Counted from the stretch's first letter, positions 10,399 to 20,820 are shown. The stretch: DNA of 64,000 nt from Candidatus Woesearchaeota archaeon (GCA_964447315.1 CAYURQ010000001.1:27351-91350); one strand, 5' to 3'. The notes: generated by a model from the letters alone, not told the origin. Program-made: numbers and translations.

Positions 10399-12558
10399 AT
10401 GGCTGAAAAAGTTGATTTTGTGAAATTAATGAAAAATCAAAATAGGATTAGAAATATAGCTATTGCTGCTCATATTGACCATGGTAAAACTACTTTCTCT
10501 GATAATTTGCTTGCTGGTGCTGGAATGCTTTCAGAAGAAACAGCTGGAAAGCAAAGAGCTTTAGATTTTCACGAAGATGAAGCTTCAAGAGGCATTACTA
10601 TTGATAGTGCAAGTGTTTCAATGTTGCATAATGTTGGAGGTCAGGAATATTTAATTAATTTAATTGACACTCCAGGACATGTTGATTTTGGAGGAGATGT
10701 TACAAGAGCTATGCGTGCTGTTGATGGATGTGTTATTTTAACATGTGCTGTTGAAGGAGTTATGCCTCAAACAGAAACAGTTGTGAGACAAGCTTTAAAA
10801 GAGCTGGTTAAACCAGTTTTATTTATCAATAAAGTTGATAGATTAATCAAAGAAGTTAAGTTAACTCCAGAAGAAATGCAAAAGAAGTTTATTGGAATTA
10901 TTGAACATGTTAATAGATTAATAGAGCAAATTGCACCAGAGGGATATAAAGAAAAATGGAAAGTAGGGGTTGGTGAAGGAACAGTAGCGTTTGGAAGTGC
11001 TTTTCATAACTGGGCTTTAAGTTTTGAGTACATGCAAGAAAAAGGAATTTCATTCAAAGATGTTATTGATGCTTATGAAAATGATAATTATAAGGAATTA
11101 GCTAAAAAAGCTCCTTTACATGAAGTTGTTTTAGGAATGTCTATTAAACATCACCCAGATCCAAAAACAGCTCAAAAGTATAGAATTCCAAAGATTTGGT
11201 ACGGGGATTCAGAAAGTGATATTGGAAAGGATTTGGTTAATTGTGATCCAAGCGGAGAACCTGTATTTGTTCCCACTAAAATTGTTGTTGATAAGCATGC
11301 TGGTGAAATTGCAGCAGGTAGATTATTTTCAGGAACAATTAAACAAGGAGATGAAGTGATGCTAATTCAGCATGGTACAAAAACAAGGGTTCAGCAAGTT
11401 TCTGTTTACAAAGGAGCTCAAAGAATTGTTTTAGATAGTGTTTCAGCTGGTAATATTGTTGGAATTGTTGGTTTAAGAGATATTGTTGCAGGAGAGACTG
11501 TTTCAAAAAATGAAATGGAACCTTTTGAAGCTATAACTCATTTATTTGACCCTGTTGTTACTAAATCAATTGAAGCTACAAAAGCAGCTGATTTGCCAAA
11601 ATTAATTGAAGTTTTAAGACAAGTTGGTAAAGAAGATCCTTCTATTAAAGTTCAAATTAATGATCAAACAGGTGAAAGTTTAATTTCTGGTATGGGTGAA
11701 TTACATTTAGAAATTATTGAAAATAGAATTAAAACAGAAAAAGGACTAGAAGTTAAAACTTCTCCTCCAATTATTGTTTATAGAGAAACAGTTACTAAAG
11801 AATCAAATGCTTCAGAAGGAAGAAGCCCTAATAAGCACAATATTTTTTACATGAAAGTTGAACCATTAGAAGATGAATTGTATCATGCTATTCATGAGGG
11901 AGTTTTACCTGAAGGACGTGTTAAGAAAAAAAGTCAAGCTGTTATTGATGGGCTAACAAATATGGATTGGTCAAGTGATGAAATTAGAAATGTTAAAGAT
12001 ATTTACAAAGGCAATATGTTTTTAGATGAAACTCGTGGAGAAGTTCATATTGGTGAAGTTATTGAAATGGTTATGGATGCTTTTGAAATGGTTATGGATG
12101 AAGGTCCTTTGGCAAGAGAACCATGTATGAAAATGAAAGTTACTCTTGTTGATATTAGGTTGCATGAAGATGCTATTCATAGAGGTCCTGCTCAAGTTTA
12201 TCCTGCTGTGAGAGATGCTGTTAAGCAATCAATGGCTAAAGCTGGTCCAGCTATTTTTGAACCATTACAGGTTCATGTCATTGAATGTCCTGATGAATTT
12301 ATGGGAACAATCACTAAATTAGTTGGAAGTAAGAGAGGACAAATGCTTGATATGGGGCAAGAAGGTTCATTATCACAGATTAAAGCTAAACTTCCAGTAG
12401 CTGAAATGATTGGATGGAGTAATGATTTAAGAAGTGCTACTGAAGGACGTGGGACAAGCTCAATCTTAGAACAGGAATTTGAAAGAGTTCCTCAATCATT
12501 ACAAGACGGAATTATCCAAAAGATTAGAGATAGAAAAGGTTTAGCTGAAAACCAGTAA
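10399..12558 (+). CDS. fusA: translation elongation factor aEF-2
   Basis: G1 motif AHIDHGKTT, DTPGHVDF; diphthamide-loop HEDAIHRGPAQ. Confidence 0.95.
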   Translation: MAEKVDFVKLMKNQNRIRNIAIAAHIDHGKTTFSDNLLAGAGMLSEETAGKQRALDFHEDEASRGITIDSASVSMLHNVGGQEYLINLIDTPGHVDFGGDVTRAMRAVDGCVILTCAVEGVMPQTETVVRQALKELVKPVLFINKVDRLIKEVKLTPEEMQKKFIGIIEHVNRLIEQIAPEGYKEKWKVGVGEGTVAFGSAFHNWALSFEYMQEKGISFKDVIDAYENDNYKELAKKAPLHEVVLGMSIKHHPDPKTAQKYRIPKIWYGDSESDIGKDLVNCDPSGEPVFVPTKIVVDKHAGEIAAGRLFSGTIKQGDEVMLIQHGTKTRVQQVSVYKGAQRIVLDSVSAGNIVGIVGLRDIVAGETVSKNEMEPFEAITHLFDPVVTKSIEATKAADLPKLIEVLRQVGKEDPSIKVQINDQTGESLISGMGELHLEIIENRIKTEKGLEVKTSPPIIVYRETVTKESNASEGRSPNKHNIFYMKVEPLEDELYHAIHEGVLPEGRVKKKSQAVIDGLTNMDWSSDEIRNVKDIYKGNMFLDETRGEVHIGEVIEMVMDAFEMVMDEGPLAREPCMKMKVTLVDIRLHEDAIHRGPAQVYPAVRDAVKQSMAKAGPAIFEPLQVHVIECPDEFMGTITKLVGSKRGQMLDMGQEGSLSQIKAKLPVAEMIGWSNDLRSATEGRGTSSILEQEFERVPQSLQDGIIQKIRDRKGLAENQ

Positions 12559-12587
12559 TTTCAATAAAATTCTAAAAATCAATTAAA

Positions 12588-12872
12588 ATGACTAATGAAA
12601 AATATTTAAACCATGTAACTGAAGCAAAATTAGTTGATACTTTGGAACATATTCAAGATCTTGAAGGAATCTTTTTGGATAATGGGAATCCTATTGATGG
12701 ATTTTTGTTGCTAAAGGAGTATTATGATTATATTGATTCTGGAAAAGAGGATTCTCTTTATGTCCACTTTTATGAAAGAATAAACGACATCATAAATTAT
12801 CTTTCTAGAAAAAAACATCACAGACCAAAATTATTGAGGAATTTCAATGAATATTGGAAGAAAAAAGATTAA
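12588..12872 (+). CDS. hypothetical protein (94 aa)
   Basis: ORF only. Confidence 0.35.
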   Translation: MTNEKYLNHVTEAKLVDTLEHIQDLEGIFLDNGNPIDGFLLLKEYYDYIDSGKEDSLYVHFYERINDIINYLSRKKHHRPKLLRNFNEYWKKKD

Positions 12873-12983
12873 TCAATCTTAGGGTCCCAATCATTATCCT
12901 CTAAAGTCTTTCACAAAGGTGGAAAAACCCAATATATAATAAATATTGATAATCTTTTTATACATCAGATTTTTTTTCTTGAT

Positions 12984-13247
12984 ATGAATGATGAAAGCAA
13001 ACTTGAAAAAGCTCTTAAAAAAATTAGTGAAAAAAGGGATTTGCTTTTAGAAGATTTTTCAAAAAAACGAGCTAGAAAATTAAGAAAAAAACTTCAAAAT
13101 TATGTTAATGATTTTAATATTCAAATGGATTTAAATGATATAAAAAAATATACTTCAGAGATATATAATCTAGAAAAATATATTGCACAAGAGACAACAA
13201 AACAACAAGCCATAAAATATTATGACAAAATGAACAATAATTCTTAA
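12984..13247 (+). CDS. hypothetical protein (87 aa, coiled-coil-like)
   Basis: ORF only. Confidence 0.3.
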   Translation: MNDESKLEKALKKISEKRDLLLEDFSKKRARKLRKKLQNYVNDFNIQMDLNDIKKYTSEIYNLEKYIAQETTKQQAIKYYDKMNNNS

Positions 13248-13270
13248 AAACCCATAAATTATACAATTTC

Positions 13271-13555
13271 ATGAAAAAGGAATATACTTTTAAAGAGTTA
13301 GAAGATTTTAATAAATTAGAGAATTATTTAAAAATTTTTCCTATGTTACAACAAAATTTTCTTAGAGACCCTAATGTTAAGAATGCAAGCATTTTTTCTA
13401 AAATATTAAATGAATATGAAAAAGTAGGTAGTCCTTATTTTAGTGAATTTGAAAATTCTTGGATTGACAAAATGCATGAAGGTATTAGAGATTATTTCAT
13501 GGATAAAATAAATACAAAATACTTAGGGATTTTTTGGGATGAAAGTGAATTATAA
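13271..13555 (+). CDS. hypothetical protein (94 aa)
   Basis: ORF only. Confidence 0.35.
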   Translation: MKKEYTFKELEDFNKLENYLKIFPMLQQNFLRDPNVKNASIFSKILNEYEKVGSPYFSEFENSWIDKMHEGIRDYFMDKINTKYLGIFWDESEL

Positions 13556-13590
13556 ATAAATTTTAAATACTTTAATAATAATATATTTTA

Positions 13591-13884
13591 ATGGAAGATT
13601 ATAAAGAATCTAACTTGAGGAAAGAAGTTATTAATTCTAAAAAAGCTTCTAAATTATCTGAAACAATTCATAAAAATATGCCTTCTGAAATTCGTGCTGA
13701 AGAAGCTATTAGACATTATAAAAGATATAAAAAAGCTACAAATAAATACATTAACAAAAAAATAAGATATTTGAGAAGATGTATAGCAGCAAAATATTTG
13801 CCTTGGACTGATTTATATCAAACAAGACACCCTAAACATCCAACTCCAAAAATTGAAAATGACTTAGAGTCTAAATTAGATTAA
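13591..13884 (+). CDS. hypothetical basic protein (97 aa)
   Basis: ORF only. Confidence 0.35.
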   Translation: MEDYKESNLRKEVINSKKASKLSETIHKNMPSEIRAEEAIRHYKRYKKATNKYINKKIRYLRRCIAAKYLPWTDLYQTRHPKHPTPKIENDLESKLD

Positions 13885-13897
13885 TTTTTTTTAATCA

Positions 13898-14710
13898 TTA
13901 TATGAAAAAACTTGCAATCATTAACAGTGCAAAAATTAAAACAAACCATCCGAAATTAATCTTCTTTGAAAGTTTTATCAAAACATGAATTGTCAGTAAA
14001 CCAAAAATAAAACTTGTTATTAAAGATATTACTGAAAAAGCAGTAAAACTAAAGTCTGGTACGTTGAGAATTATATTTCCAAAGAAAACAATTGGAAGAC
14101 TCATTAAGAAACTCAAACGCAAGGCTGTTGTATCATTAAATTTACGGAGCATTAATGTTGAAACAGTTATTCCTGAACGTGAGAGTCCTGGTAGTGATGA
14201 AAGTCCCTGAGCAAAACCAAGCAATATTCCGTCGCTGAGTGTTAGATGTTTAATAGAACGTAATTTTGAATCATGATTTTTTTTAATTTTTAATTGCAAC
14301 AATCCTGTTATTAATAACAAGATTCCTACTGCAAGTGAAATAACTTTTCCTGTTACTGAAAATTTATCTTGATACATTCCTAGTCCTGTAATTAAAATAA
14401 ATCCAAGAATTCCTGATATTATTGTTGAGATAATTAAAAATTTTAATGTCTTTTTTGTTGGCTTATCAGACTTTTTATATTGGAATAAGGAAATAAATAA
14501 ATGTGCTACGTCTTTTCTAAAGTAAATTAATGCTGCAAAAAAAGTACCTAAGTGCAACCATAAAATATTTTGAATTATAACACTTAAGTCAGTTATTTGA
14601 AAAAAGTTTGCAAATACTAAAGCTAGAAAACCACTTGAGCTTATTGGAATCCATTCTGTGATTCCTTGAATAATTCCTACGAGAATTTGCTGCAGTATTG
14701 TTAAGTCCAT
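13898..14710 (-). CDS. uppP: undecaprenyl-diphosphatase (BacA/UppP family)
   Basis: N-term MDLTILQQILVGIIQGITEWIPISSSG and later GLSRSGITVS match UppP signature regions; multi-TM. Confidence 0.8.
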   Translation of the reverse strand: MDLTILQQILVGIIQGITEWIPISSSGFLALVFANFFQITDLSVIIQNILWLHLGTFFAALIYFRKDVAHLFISLFQYKKSDKPTKKTLKFLIISTIISGILGFILITGLGMYQDKFSVTGKVISLAVGILLLITGLLQLKIKKNHDSKLRSIKHLTLSDGILLGFAQGLSSLPGLSRSGITVSTLMLRKFNDTTALRLSFLMSLPIVFFGNIILNVPDFSFTAFSVISLITSFIFGLLTIHVLIKLSKKINFGWFVLIFALLMIASFFI

Positions 14711-14789
14711 AAATGCATTAATAAAAGAGGGATTAAATAATTATTGTCTTTAACATAATAATTATTAAATACTTGAAAAAATTAATTCA

Positions 14790-15032
14790 ATGATGAGTGA
14801 TGGAATATCAGAAGCATGGAGAGATAATGATTTATCTAAAATATATGAAAAAATAAGAAATATTGAAGATAAATTCAAGGAAAATGAATCTATTGATTTA
14901 GCTGAAGAAATTTTAAAAGAATTTGATGTTTTAAAGAGAATGAGAAGAGGATATTGGAAAACAATCAATCATAAAGCAATTGACGAGAAAATTTCTTATT
15001 ATAAAGAATATATAATTAAATATCGAATATAA
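14790..15032 (+). CDS. hypothetical protein (80 aa)
   Basis: more protein-like than the antisense ORF 14765..14968. Confidence 0.35.
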   Translation: MMSDGISEAWRDNDLSKIYEKIRNIEDKFKENESIDLAEEILKEFDVLKRMRRGYWKTINHKAIDEKISYYKEYIIKYRI

Positions 15033-15150
15033 AATAAAATAAAAATAATTATAAGACTATTTTCTAGGTTATAGAAAAGTTTATAAACTCAAATTTTTTA
15101 ACATAATCACTTAAACAAATCTAATTTAAGATTAAAAATATTAAGATAAA

Positions 15151-16437
15151 ATGGCAAAGGAAAAACCAAGCATGAATGTTGTGTTCGTTGGACACGTTGA
15201 CGCAGGAAAATCTACTTGTGTAGGTAGAATGTTTTTTGATGGTGGCGGTGTTTCAGAACAGGAAATGAAAAAACTTAAAGATGAAGCTGAAAAGCATGGT
15301 AAAGCTGGATTTGAATTTGCTTATGTAATGGATAATATTAAAGAAGAAAGAGAAAGAGGAGTTACTATTGATTTATCTTATAAGAAATTAGTTACTAATA
15401 AATTTGAAATCACAATTATTGATGCACCTGGTCACAAAGACTTTGTTAAGAATATGATTACTGGTGCTTCACAAGCTGATGCTGCTTTCTTAGTGATTGC
15501 TGCTCCTTCAGGAGTTCAACCACAAACCACTGAACATTTATGGTTATTAAGAACAATGGGTGTTAAGAACATTTCAGTTGCTATTAATAAAATGGATGCA
15601 GTTGACTATGATGAAGCTAAATTCAATAAAGTTAAAGAAGATGTTTCTACATTATTAAAACAAGTTGGAATTAACCCAGAAACTACACCTTTTTTAGCAG
15701 TTAGTGGATTAATGGGAGATAATGTTTTCAAGAAATCAGAGAAAATGCCTTGGTACAAAGGATCTACAATTCAAGAGCAAATTGATTCATTCCCAGCTCC
15801 TGAATTACCAACTAACTTACCTATGAGAATGCCTGTTCAAGATGTTTATGATATTACTGGAATTGGAACTGTTCCTGTAGGAAAGATTGAAACTGGTATT
15901 ATGAAAGTAGGACAAAAAGTTGTTGTTTTACCAGGTAGAACAGGAACTGGAATTTCTGGAGAAGTTAAAACTATTGAAGCTCACCATGAAACTTTAAAAG
16001 AAGCACCTGCTGGAGAAAATGTAGGGATTAATGTTAGAGGGGTTGGTAAAAAAGATATTACAAGAGGAGATGTTATTTGCGAAGCAAGTACACCAATACC
16101 AATTGTAGAAGAATTTATTGCTCAAATTGCAGTAATCAATCACCCAACTGTATTAGCTAAAGGATATACACCTGTATTCCATGTACACACAGCTCAGGTT
16201 CCTTGCCAATTCATTGAATTACTTGAACAAATTGATCCTAAGACTGGACAAGTTATTAAAGAAAATCCAGATTTCTTAAAGAACGGAGACGTAGCAAAAG
16301 TAAGAATTAAACCTGCTGGAAACTTATGTTTAGAAACAACTAAAGACAACCCATACATGGGAAGATTTGCAGTAAGAGATGCTGGTGCTACTGTTGCTGC
16401 TGGTATGTGCTTGGAAATTACCAAGAAAAAGAACTAA
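15151..16437 (+). CDS. tuf: translation elongation factor aEF-1 alpha
   Basis: GHVDAGKST, DAPGHKDF, NKMD motifs. Confidence 0.95.
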   Translation: MAKEKPSMNVVFVGHVDAGKSTCVGRMFFDGGGVSEQEMKKLKDEAEKHGKAGFEFAYVMDNIKEERERGVTIDLSYKKLVTNKFEITIIDAPGHKDFVKNMITGASQADAAFLVIAAPSGVQPQTTEHLWLLRTMGVKNISVAINKMDAVDYDEAKFNKVKEDVSTLLKQVGINPETTPFLAVSGLMGDNVFKKSEKMPWYKGSTIQEQIDSFPAPELPTNLPMRMPVQDVYDITGIGTVPVGKIETGIMKVGQKVVVLPGRTGTGISGEVKTIEAHHETLKEAPAGENVGINVRGVGKKDITRGDVICEASTPIPIVEEFIAQIAVINHPTVLAKGYTPVFHVHTAQVPCQFIELLEQIDPKTGQVIKENPDFLKNGDVAKVRIKPAGNLCLETTKDNPYMGRFAVRDAGATVAAGMCLEITKKKN

Positions 16438-16489
16438 AATTCTTGTATTCTAGATATTACTCAAATTATTTAGTGAATGTTTTTTTCTC

Positions 16490-16510
16490 AATAGTAAAAA
16501 TATTGTGAAA
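16490..16510 (+). promoter_or_regulatory. 21-bp promoter-like motif AATAGTAAAAATATTGTGAAA, copy 1
   Basis: identical 21-mer recurs at 16883..16903; each copy lies ~33-35 nt upstream of an ATG. Confidence 0.4.
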
Positions 16511-16542
16511 TAATTAGTTAGTTTTAAAAATAGATTATTTCT

Positions 16543-16863
16543 TTGGTTTTTATGTTTAAATTGAAACAAACACAAACTCATATTGGAAAGTTTATTTGCA
16601 AACATAGTGAAAATACAACTCCTACATGGATTCAAGAAAATGAGAAAGTTATCCCTGCTAAAAAAATGGAAGTTTATTTTATGAAAGACTCTAAAGGCAT
16701 GGATCTTATCAAAATTACTGATTTTTTAACAACAGAAGAAGATGGGATGGATTATGGCAAATTAAATGCTGCAATAGATAAATATTATGAAAGGTATGAT
16801 GGACAGAGGCTTCGTAGATGTCAGGTTTATGATAGTAATTTAGAAAAAGTTTTTTCAATGTAA
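16543..16863 (+). CDS. hypothetical protein (106 aa; true start may be internal)
   Basis: ORF downstream of the repeated promoter-like motif. Confidence 0.4.
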   Translation: MVFMFKLKQTQTHIGKFICKHSENTTPTWIQENEKVIPAKKMEVYFMKDSKGMDLIKITDFLTTEEDGMDYGKLNAAIDKYYERYDGQRLRRCQVYDSNLEKVFSM

Positions 16864-16882
16864 TATCTTAAAAATAATTCTT

Positions 16883-16903
16883 AATAGTAAAAATATTGTG
16901 AAA
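16883..16903 (+). promoter_or_regulatory. 21-bp promoter-like motif, copy 2
   Basis: identical to 16490..16510. Confidence 0.4.
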
Positions 16904-16937
16904 AGACTTATAAACTGAATTCAATAGTAAACTTATT

Positions 16938-17324
16938 ATGAAGAAAAAAATTGAGGTAAATATTGAAAAGTATTCTGATGTTTATTTTGAAAATGTTCAA
17001 GATAGTGAATCAAGAGCTTATGAAAAAAACAAGAATATAGAAAACAATAAAGGAAAACCTTATTTTGGATATCAGATAACAATAAACTCTTCTAATCCTC
17101 AAATATTTGCTAGAAACTACATTGAAAAAATTAATGGACATTATATTTTTAAAGAAGGTGGTAATTTTAAAGAATCTAAAAATATTGATATTGCTCACAC
17201 TCTTGAAGAGGCATATAAAAAAGCATATGAACATATTTCTAAAAAACCAAAAGAAAAAATTGAAAAAATGATGGATGATTGTGGTCTTGAAAAAATAATT
17301 CATGATAAAGAATCTTATTATTAA
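16938..17324 (+). CDS. hypothetical protein (128 aa)
   Basis: ORF only. Confidence 0.4.
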   Translation: MKKKIEVNIEKYSDVYFENVQDSESRAYEKNKNIENNKGKPYFGYQITINSSNPQIFARNYIEKINGHYIFKEGGNFKESKNIDIAHTLEEAYKKAYEHISKKPKEKIEKMMDDCGLEKIIHDKESYY

Positions 17325-17365
17325 ATTATAATAATCCTTATAAAGGGATATTTAGTTTTAAAAAA

Positions 17366-17656
17366 ATGGAAAACAACAATAGTAAAGAAAGTAATTTATA
17401 TGATAAGTTTAAAGTTGATTATGTTGTTAGCATTAGATCAAATGGAACAAAGGAAAAATTAAAGGAATCTGCTATTTTTGCTTGTGATAATATAAATAAA
17501 GTTTCTAATTTCATGAGAAAAATGTTGGGAGATGATTTAATTAAATTTCACATTAATAGAGTAAGTGAAAAATCATATTATAAAGGAGTTTTAAGAGATA
17601 CAAGTGGAAAAATCCCTTTTTATAGTGGGAATGAATTTGAACATTATTGCAGATAA
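17366..17656 (+). CDS. hypothetical protein (96 aa)
   Basis: ORF only. Confidence 0.4.
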   Translation: MENNNSKESNLYDKFKVDYVVSIRSNGTKEKLKESAIFACDNINKVSNFMRKMLGDDLIKFHINRVSEKSYYKGVLRDTSGKIPFYSGNEFEHYCR

Positions 17657-17688
17657 ATACTTAAAAACAATAAAATACTGTTTCAATA

Positions 17689-18243
17689 ATGTTATCTAAA
17701 GACATGTCAAAAGGGGAGATAGATAGAGAATTAGATGGAAAAGGGGATTATATTCAGATAGATTTGTTGAATAAATTTATTGAAGATAAGCCATCTATTT
17801 TAATGAAAAGATATGCTTATACTAAACTAGCTCAGATTTATCAAAGCAAAAAAATGTTTAAAGATGCTGCAAAAAATTATGAACATTTGGCTGTTTTATC
17901 TGTTGCATTTACTGACAAAGTAAAGTATTTTCTTATTGCAGCTGAATTTTATATAAAAGATGGGTCTTTTGAAGAAGCAGATTATTCAACTAAAAAAGCT
18001 ATGCAAGAAGGTAATTCTTATGAAAGTGGAGAAATTTATCATTCAATTAAACATACTTATAAAAAACAAGCCCAAGAATATGAATCTCAAGGAAAATGGA
18101 GTAAGTCAAGCCTTATTTATGAAAAATTACTTTCAATGAAAATAACTGAACAAGAAGAAAAAGATTTCAGAGCAAAACTTTTAGATATATATGAAAAACT
18201 TGGTAAATTTAAAGAGTATAAAATTTTAGATGAGAAAAAGTAA
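17689..18243 (+). CDS. hypothetical protein with TPR-like helical repeats (184 aa)
   Basis: repetitive A/Y/K-rich helical segments. Confidence 0.4.
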   Translation: MLSKDMSKGEIDRELDGKGDYIQIDLLNKFIEDKPSILMKRYAYTKLAQIYQSKKMFKDAAKNYEHLAVLSVAFTDKVKYFLIAAEFYIKDGSFEEADYSTKKAMQEGNSYESGEIYHSIKHTYKKQAQEYESQGKWSKSSLIYEKLLSMKITEQEEKDFRAKLLDIYEKLGKFKEYKILDEKK

Positions 18244-18514
18244 TTTAACTTCTAGTGTTATTTGGATTTAAATCTTTGGAAAATAAATTAATAAATTAAA
18301 AGAAACCTTTAAATAGGTATTTTATCTTTTTTAAGATAGTTAGAAGAATATCATTAGATTTTAATGTTTATTACTAATACACATCATATTCACATAAAGC
18401 AAAAAACCTAGATATTTTGGGAATTTTGTAAAAGAAAGTAAGTATTTTGATATTTTTCTAAGAAGTAAAATCATAAGATTTTACTGCAATTAAATATAAT
18501 AAGGAGAAACTAAA

Positions 18515-19693
18515 ATGGCTAAAGTAAGTCCAGTATCAATTAAATATATGATACATGCTAATTTCTCAGCTGAAGGTGCTTTAGAAAAACCTGATGTAAT
18601 CGGAGCTTTATTCGGACAAACAGAAGGTCTATTGGGCGCAGATTTAGAAATGCGTGAATTGCAGAAAGAAGGAAAAATTGGTAGGATTGAAGTTGAATTA
18701 GAAAGAAATGGTAAAAAAACAGTTGGAGTAATAAAAATTCCTACTGCTTTAGATCAATCTGAAACTACTTTAATTGCTGCTGCAATTGAAACTATTGAAA
18801 GAATTGGGCCTAGTGACTCTCAAATAGAAATTGAAAAGATTGAAGATGTCAGAGGAAGTAAAAGAGATTATATCTTGGAAAGAGCTAAAAAACTTATGAA
18901 AGATGTTCATGGTTCTGCTGATTCCAGAGATATTTCAAATCAGATAAAAGATTCTTCTAGAACTTCAATGATTGAAAAATACGGTAAAGAAGAACTTCCT
19001 TGTGGAAATTTATCAGGTGGAGAAGTAATAGTTGTTGAAGGCAGAGCAGATGTTGTTAACTTGTTGAAAGCAGGAGTAAATAATGTTATTGCTATGAATG
19101 GTACAAAACTTCCAGATGCTATCAAAGAATTAGGTAGGAATAAAGAGCTTACTCTTTTTGTTGATGGAGACCGTGGAGGTAAATTAATCATTCAAAATGC
19201 TACTGATAATGCAAATATTGCTTATATTGCTATTGCACCAGATGGAAAAGAAGTTGAAGAATTAACAGGAAAAGAGATTCTTATGAATTTAAGAAAAAAA
19301 GTTACTGTTAAGGAATTCTTCAGGAATGATTCAAGAAATAACTCTAGATATTCTTATCACCAAGAGAAAATATCTAAAGATGAATTAGATGAGGTTATTG
19401 AAGAAATTAAGATTGATGAAACTGAAAAAGTAAAGCTTAAAGGAATTTCAGATAAAATATCTGGAACTGGTAAAGCACTGCTTTTAGATTCAAATTTAGA
19501 AGAATACAAATCAACTTCTGCCCGAAGCATTTCAGGTTTATTGAGAAAACTTGATAAAAAACCAGTGGTAATTGTAATGGATGGAAGTGTTACATCTGGA
19601 ATAATTTCAGCTGCAGAAGAAGTAAAGTGTCAAGTTATTGTTGCAAATAATTTTAGTGCAACAAGTCCAAATATTCAGTTATTAAGTCTTTAA
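18515..19693 (+). CDS. dnaG: archaeal DNA primase DnaG (Toprim)
   Basis: GEVIVVEGRADVVNLLKAGVNNVIAMNGT and FVDGDRGG Toprim motifs; N-terminal region conserved in archaeal DnaG. Confidence 0.85.
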   Translation: MAKVSPVSIKYMIHANFSAEGALEKPDVIGALFGQTEGLLGADLEMRELQKEGKIGRIEVELERNGKKTVGVIKIPTALDQSETTLIAAAIETIERIGPSDSQIEIEKIEDVRGSKRDYILERAKKLMKDVHGSADSRDISNQIKDSSRTSMIEKYGKEELPCGNLSGGEVIVVEGRADVVNLLKAGVNNVIAMNGTKLPDAIKELGRNKELTLFVDGDRGGKLIIQNATDNANIAYIAIAPDGKEVEELTGKEILMNLRKKVTVKEFFRNDSRNNSRYSYHQEKISKDELDEVIEEIKIDETEKVKLKGISDKISGTGKALLLDSNLEEYKSTSARSISGLLRKLDKKPVVIVMDGSVTSGIISAAEEVKCQVIVANNFSATSPNIQLLSL

Positions 19694-19787
19694 TTTAAAT
19701 TAAAGGCTTAATTTTTTATTTTTTATTATTGTTATTATTTATTAGTTACAACATATAGAAAGATTTTTAAAGTAAAATTAATTGTAA

Positions 19788-20270
19788 ATGATTAAAATGA
19801 CAATTACAAAAAAAGTATTAGAGAATACATTTGACTTATATGATGAAGTTGGTAAGGATAGAAAGTTGTATCTTTATGCAGAACTAAAAGAAAATAAAGA
19901 AGTTCTTGAAAAAACAAGACAAAAGACAATTCAAAGAATTAATAATTATTTACATAATAAAGAATTAAAACCAGCTGAGAGAGATTATTTGGAAAGTTTA
20001 AAACAAGAATATTCAAAATTAAGACAAAAACCAACATTGAAAACAAAATTAATGGAATTAGATTTTGATGAAAAAATATTAGGAAAAATATGTGCTTTCT
20101 TAAATCAAAAGTATGAAACTAAATCAATAACTCCTGGAAATGTAACTTATTCATACTTAGAAAATATCAGTGAAAAAGAACTTTTAGAAACAAAAGGGTT
20201 TGGATTAAAAAGTGTTCATGAAATAAAGAATATTCTTGAAAAGCGTGGGTTTAAATTAAAGAAAGAATAA
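19788..20270 (+). CDS. hypothetical protein with C-terminal helix-hairpin-helix resembling RNAP alpha-CTD
   Basis: C-terminus ELLETKGFGLKSVHEIKNILEKRGF resembles alpha-CTD HhH (EL..I.NFG.KSL.EIK..L...G). Confidence 0.45.
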   Translation: MIKMTITKKVLENTFDLYDEVGKDRKLYLYAELKENKEVLEKTRQKTIQRINNYLHNKELKPAERDYLESLKQEYSKLRQKPTLKTKLMELDFDEKILGKICAFLNQKYETKSITPGNVTYSYLENISEKELLETKGFGLKSVHEIKNILEKRGFKLKKE

Positions 20271-20271
20271 A

Positions 20272-20820
20272 ATGGTAAAATCAGACAGGAATTATAGTTT
20301 AACTAATGCAAGAAAAACCCTAGGTTTAACTCAGGCACAATTATCTAGTAGATTAGGAATAAAACCAGAAGTATATAACACTTATGAAACTGGGAGTTAT
20401 ATTCCTTCATTAGATACTCAAGTTAGAATAAGTAATTACTTTGTTGATAATGGAGTTCCAGTTATTGAAAGTGATTTGTTTCCTGAAAAAGAAAGAAGCT
20501 TTGAAAAAGAAAAATTCTATGATAAATTTTTTGATGAAAATCTTGCTTTAGATTTTGAAAACAAAGATCATTTTGATAGTTGTCTTGAAAGAATATTAAC
20601 TCCAAGAGCAGGTGTTAAACCCAGGCAAATAGATATTTTAAAAAGATTTTATGGTATTGGTTGTAATCCAGAATCTGTAGAAGAGATTGCAAAAACAGCA
20701 GGAAAAAATGGGCAGAGCATGAGTAAAGCAAGGGTTTACCAAATGATGCAATCTGCAGTTAATAAAATAAGGAGAGATGTTCTCACTGATAAAAAAAAGC
20801 ATTATTTAATTGAGTTTTAA
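20272..20820 (+). CDS. two-HTH transcription regulator: N-terminal XRE/Cro-type HTH plus C-terminal sigma-70 region-4-like HTH
   Basis: N-term LTNARKTLGLTQAQLSSRLGI (XRE HTH); C-term RQIDILKRFYGIG...SVEEIAKTAG...SKARVYQMMQSAVNKIRR resembles sigma70 r4 (L..RFGL...TLEEIG...RERIRQIE.KAL.KLR). Confidence 0.55.
   Translation: MVKSDRNYSLTNARKTLGLTQAQLSSRLGIKPEVYNTYETGSYIPSLDTQVRISNYFVDNGVPVIESDLFPEKERSFEKEKFYDKFFDENLALDFENKDHFDSCLERILTPRAGVKPRQIDILKRFYGIGCNPESVEEIAKTAGKNGQSMSKARVYQMMQSAVNKIRRDVLTDKKKHYLIEF

Noticed and set aside
18244-18514. Possible tRNA or other structured RNA genes in the longer intergenic regions (18.25-18.5 kb, 20.8-21.0 kb, 35.0-35.2 kb)
   Set aside because: There are no GC-rich cloverleaf-like segments and no tRNA T-loop or acceptor signatures. 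The G-rich islands present are the repeat elements described above.
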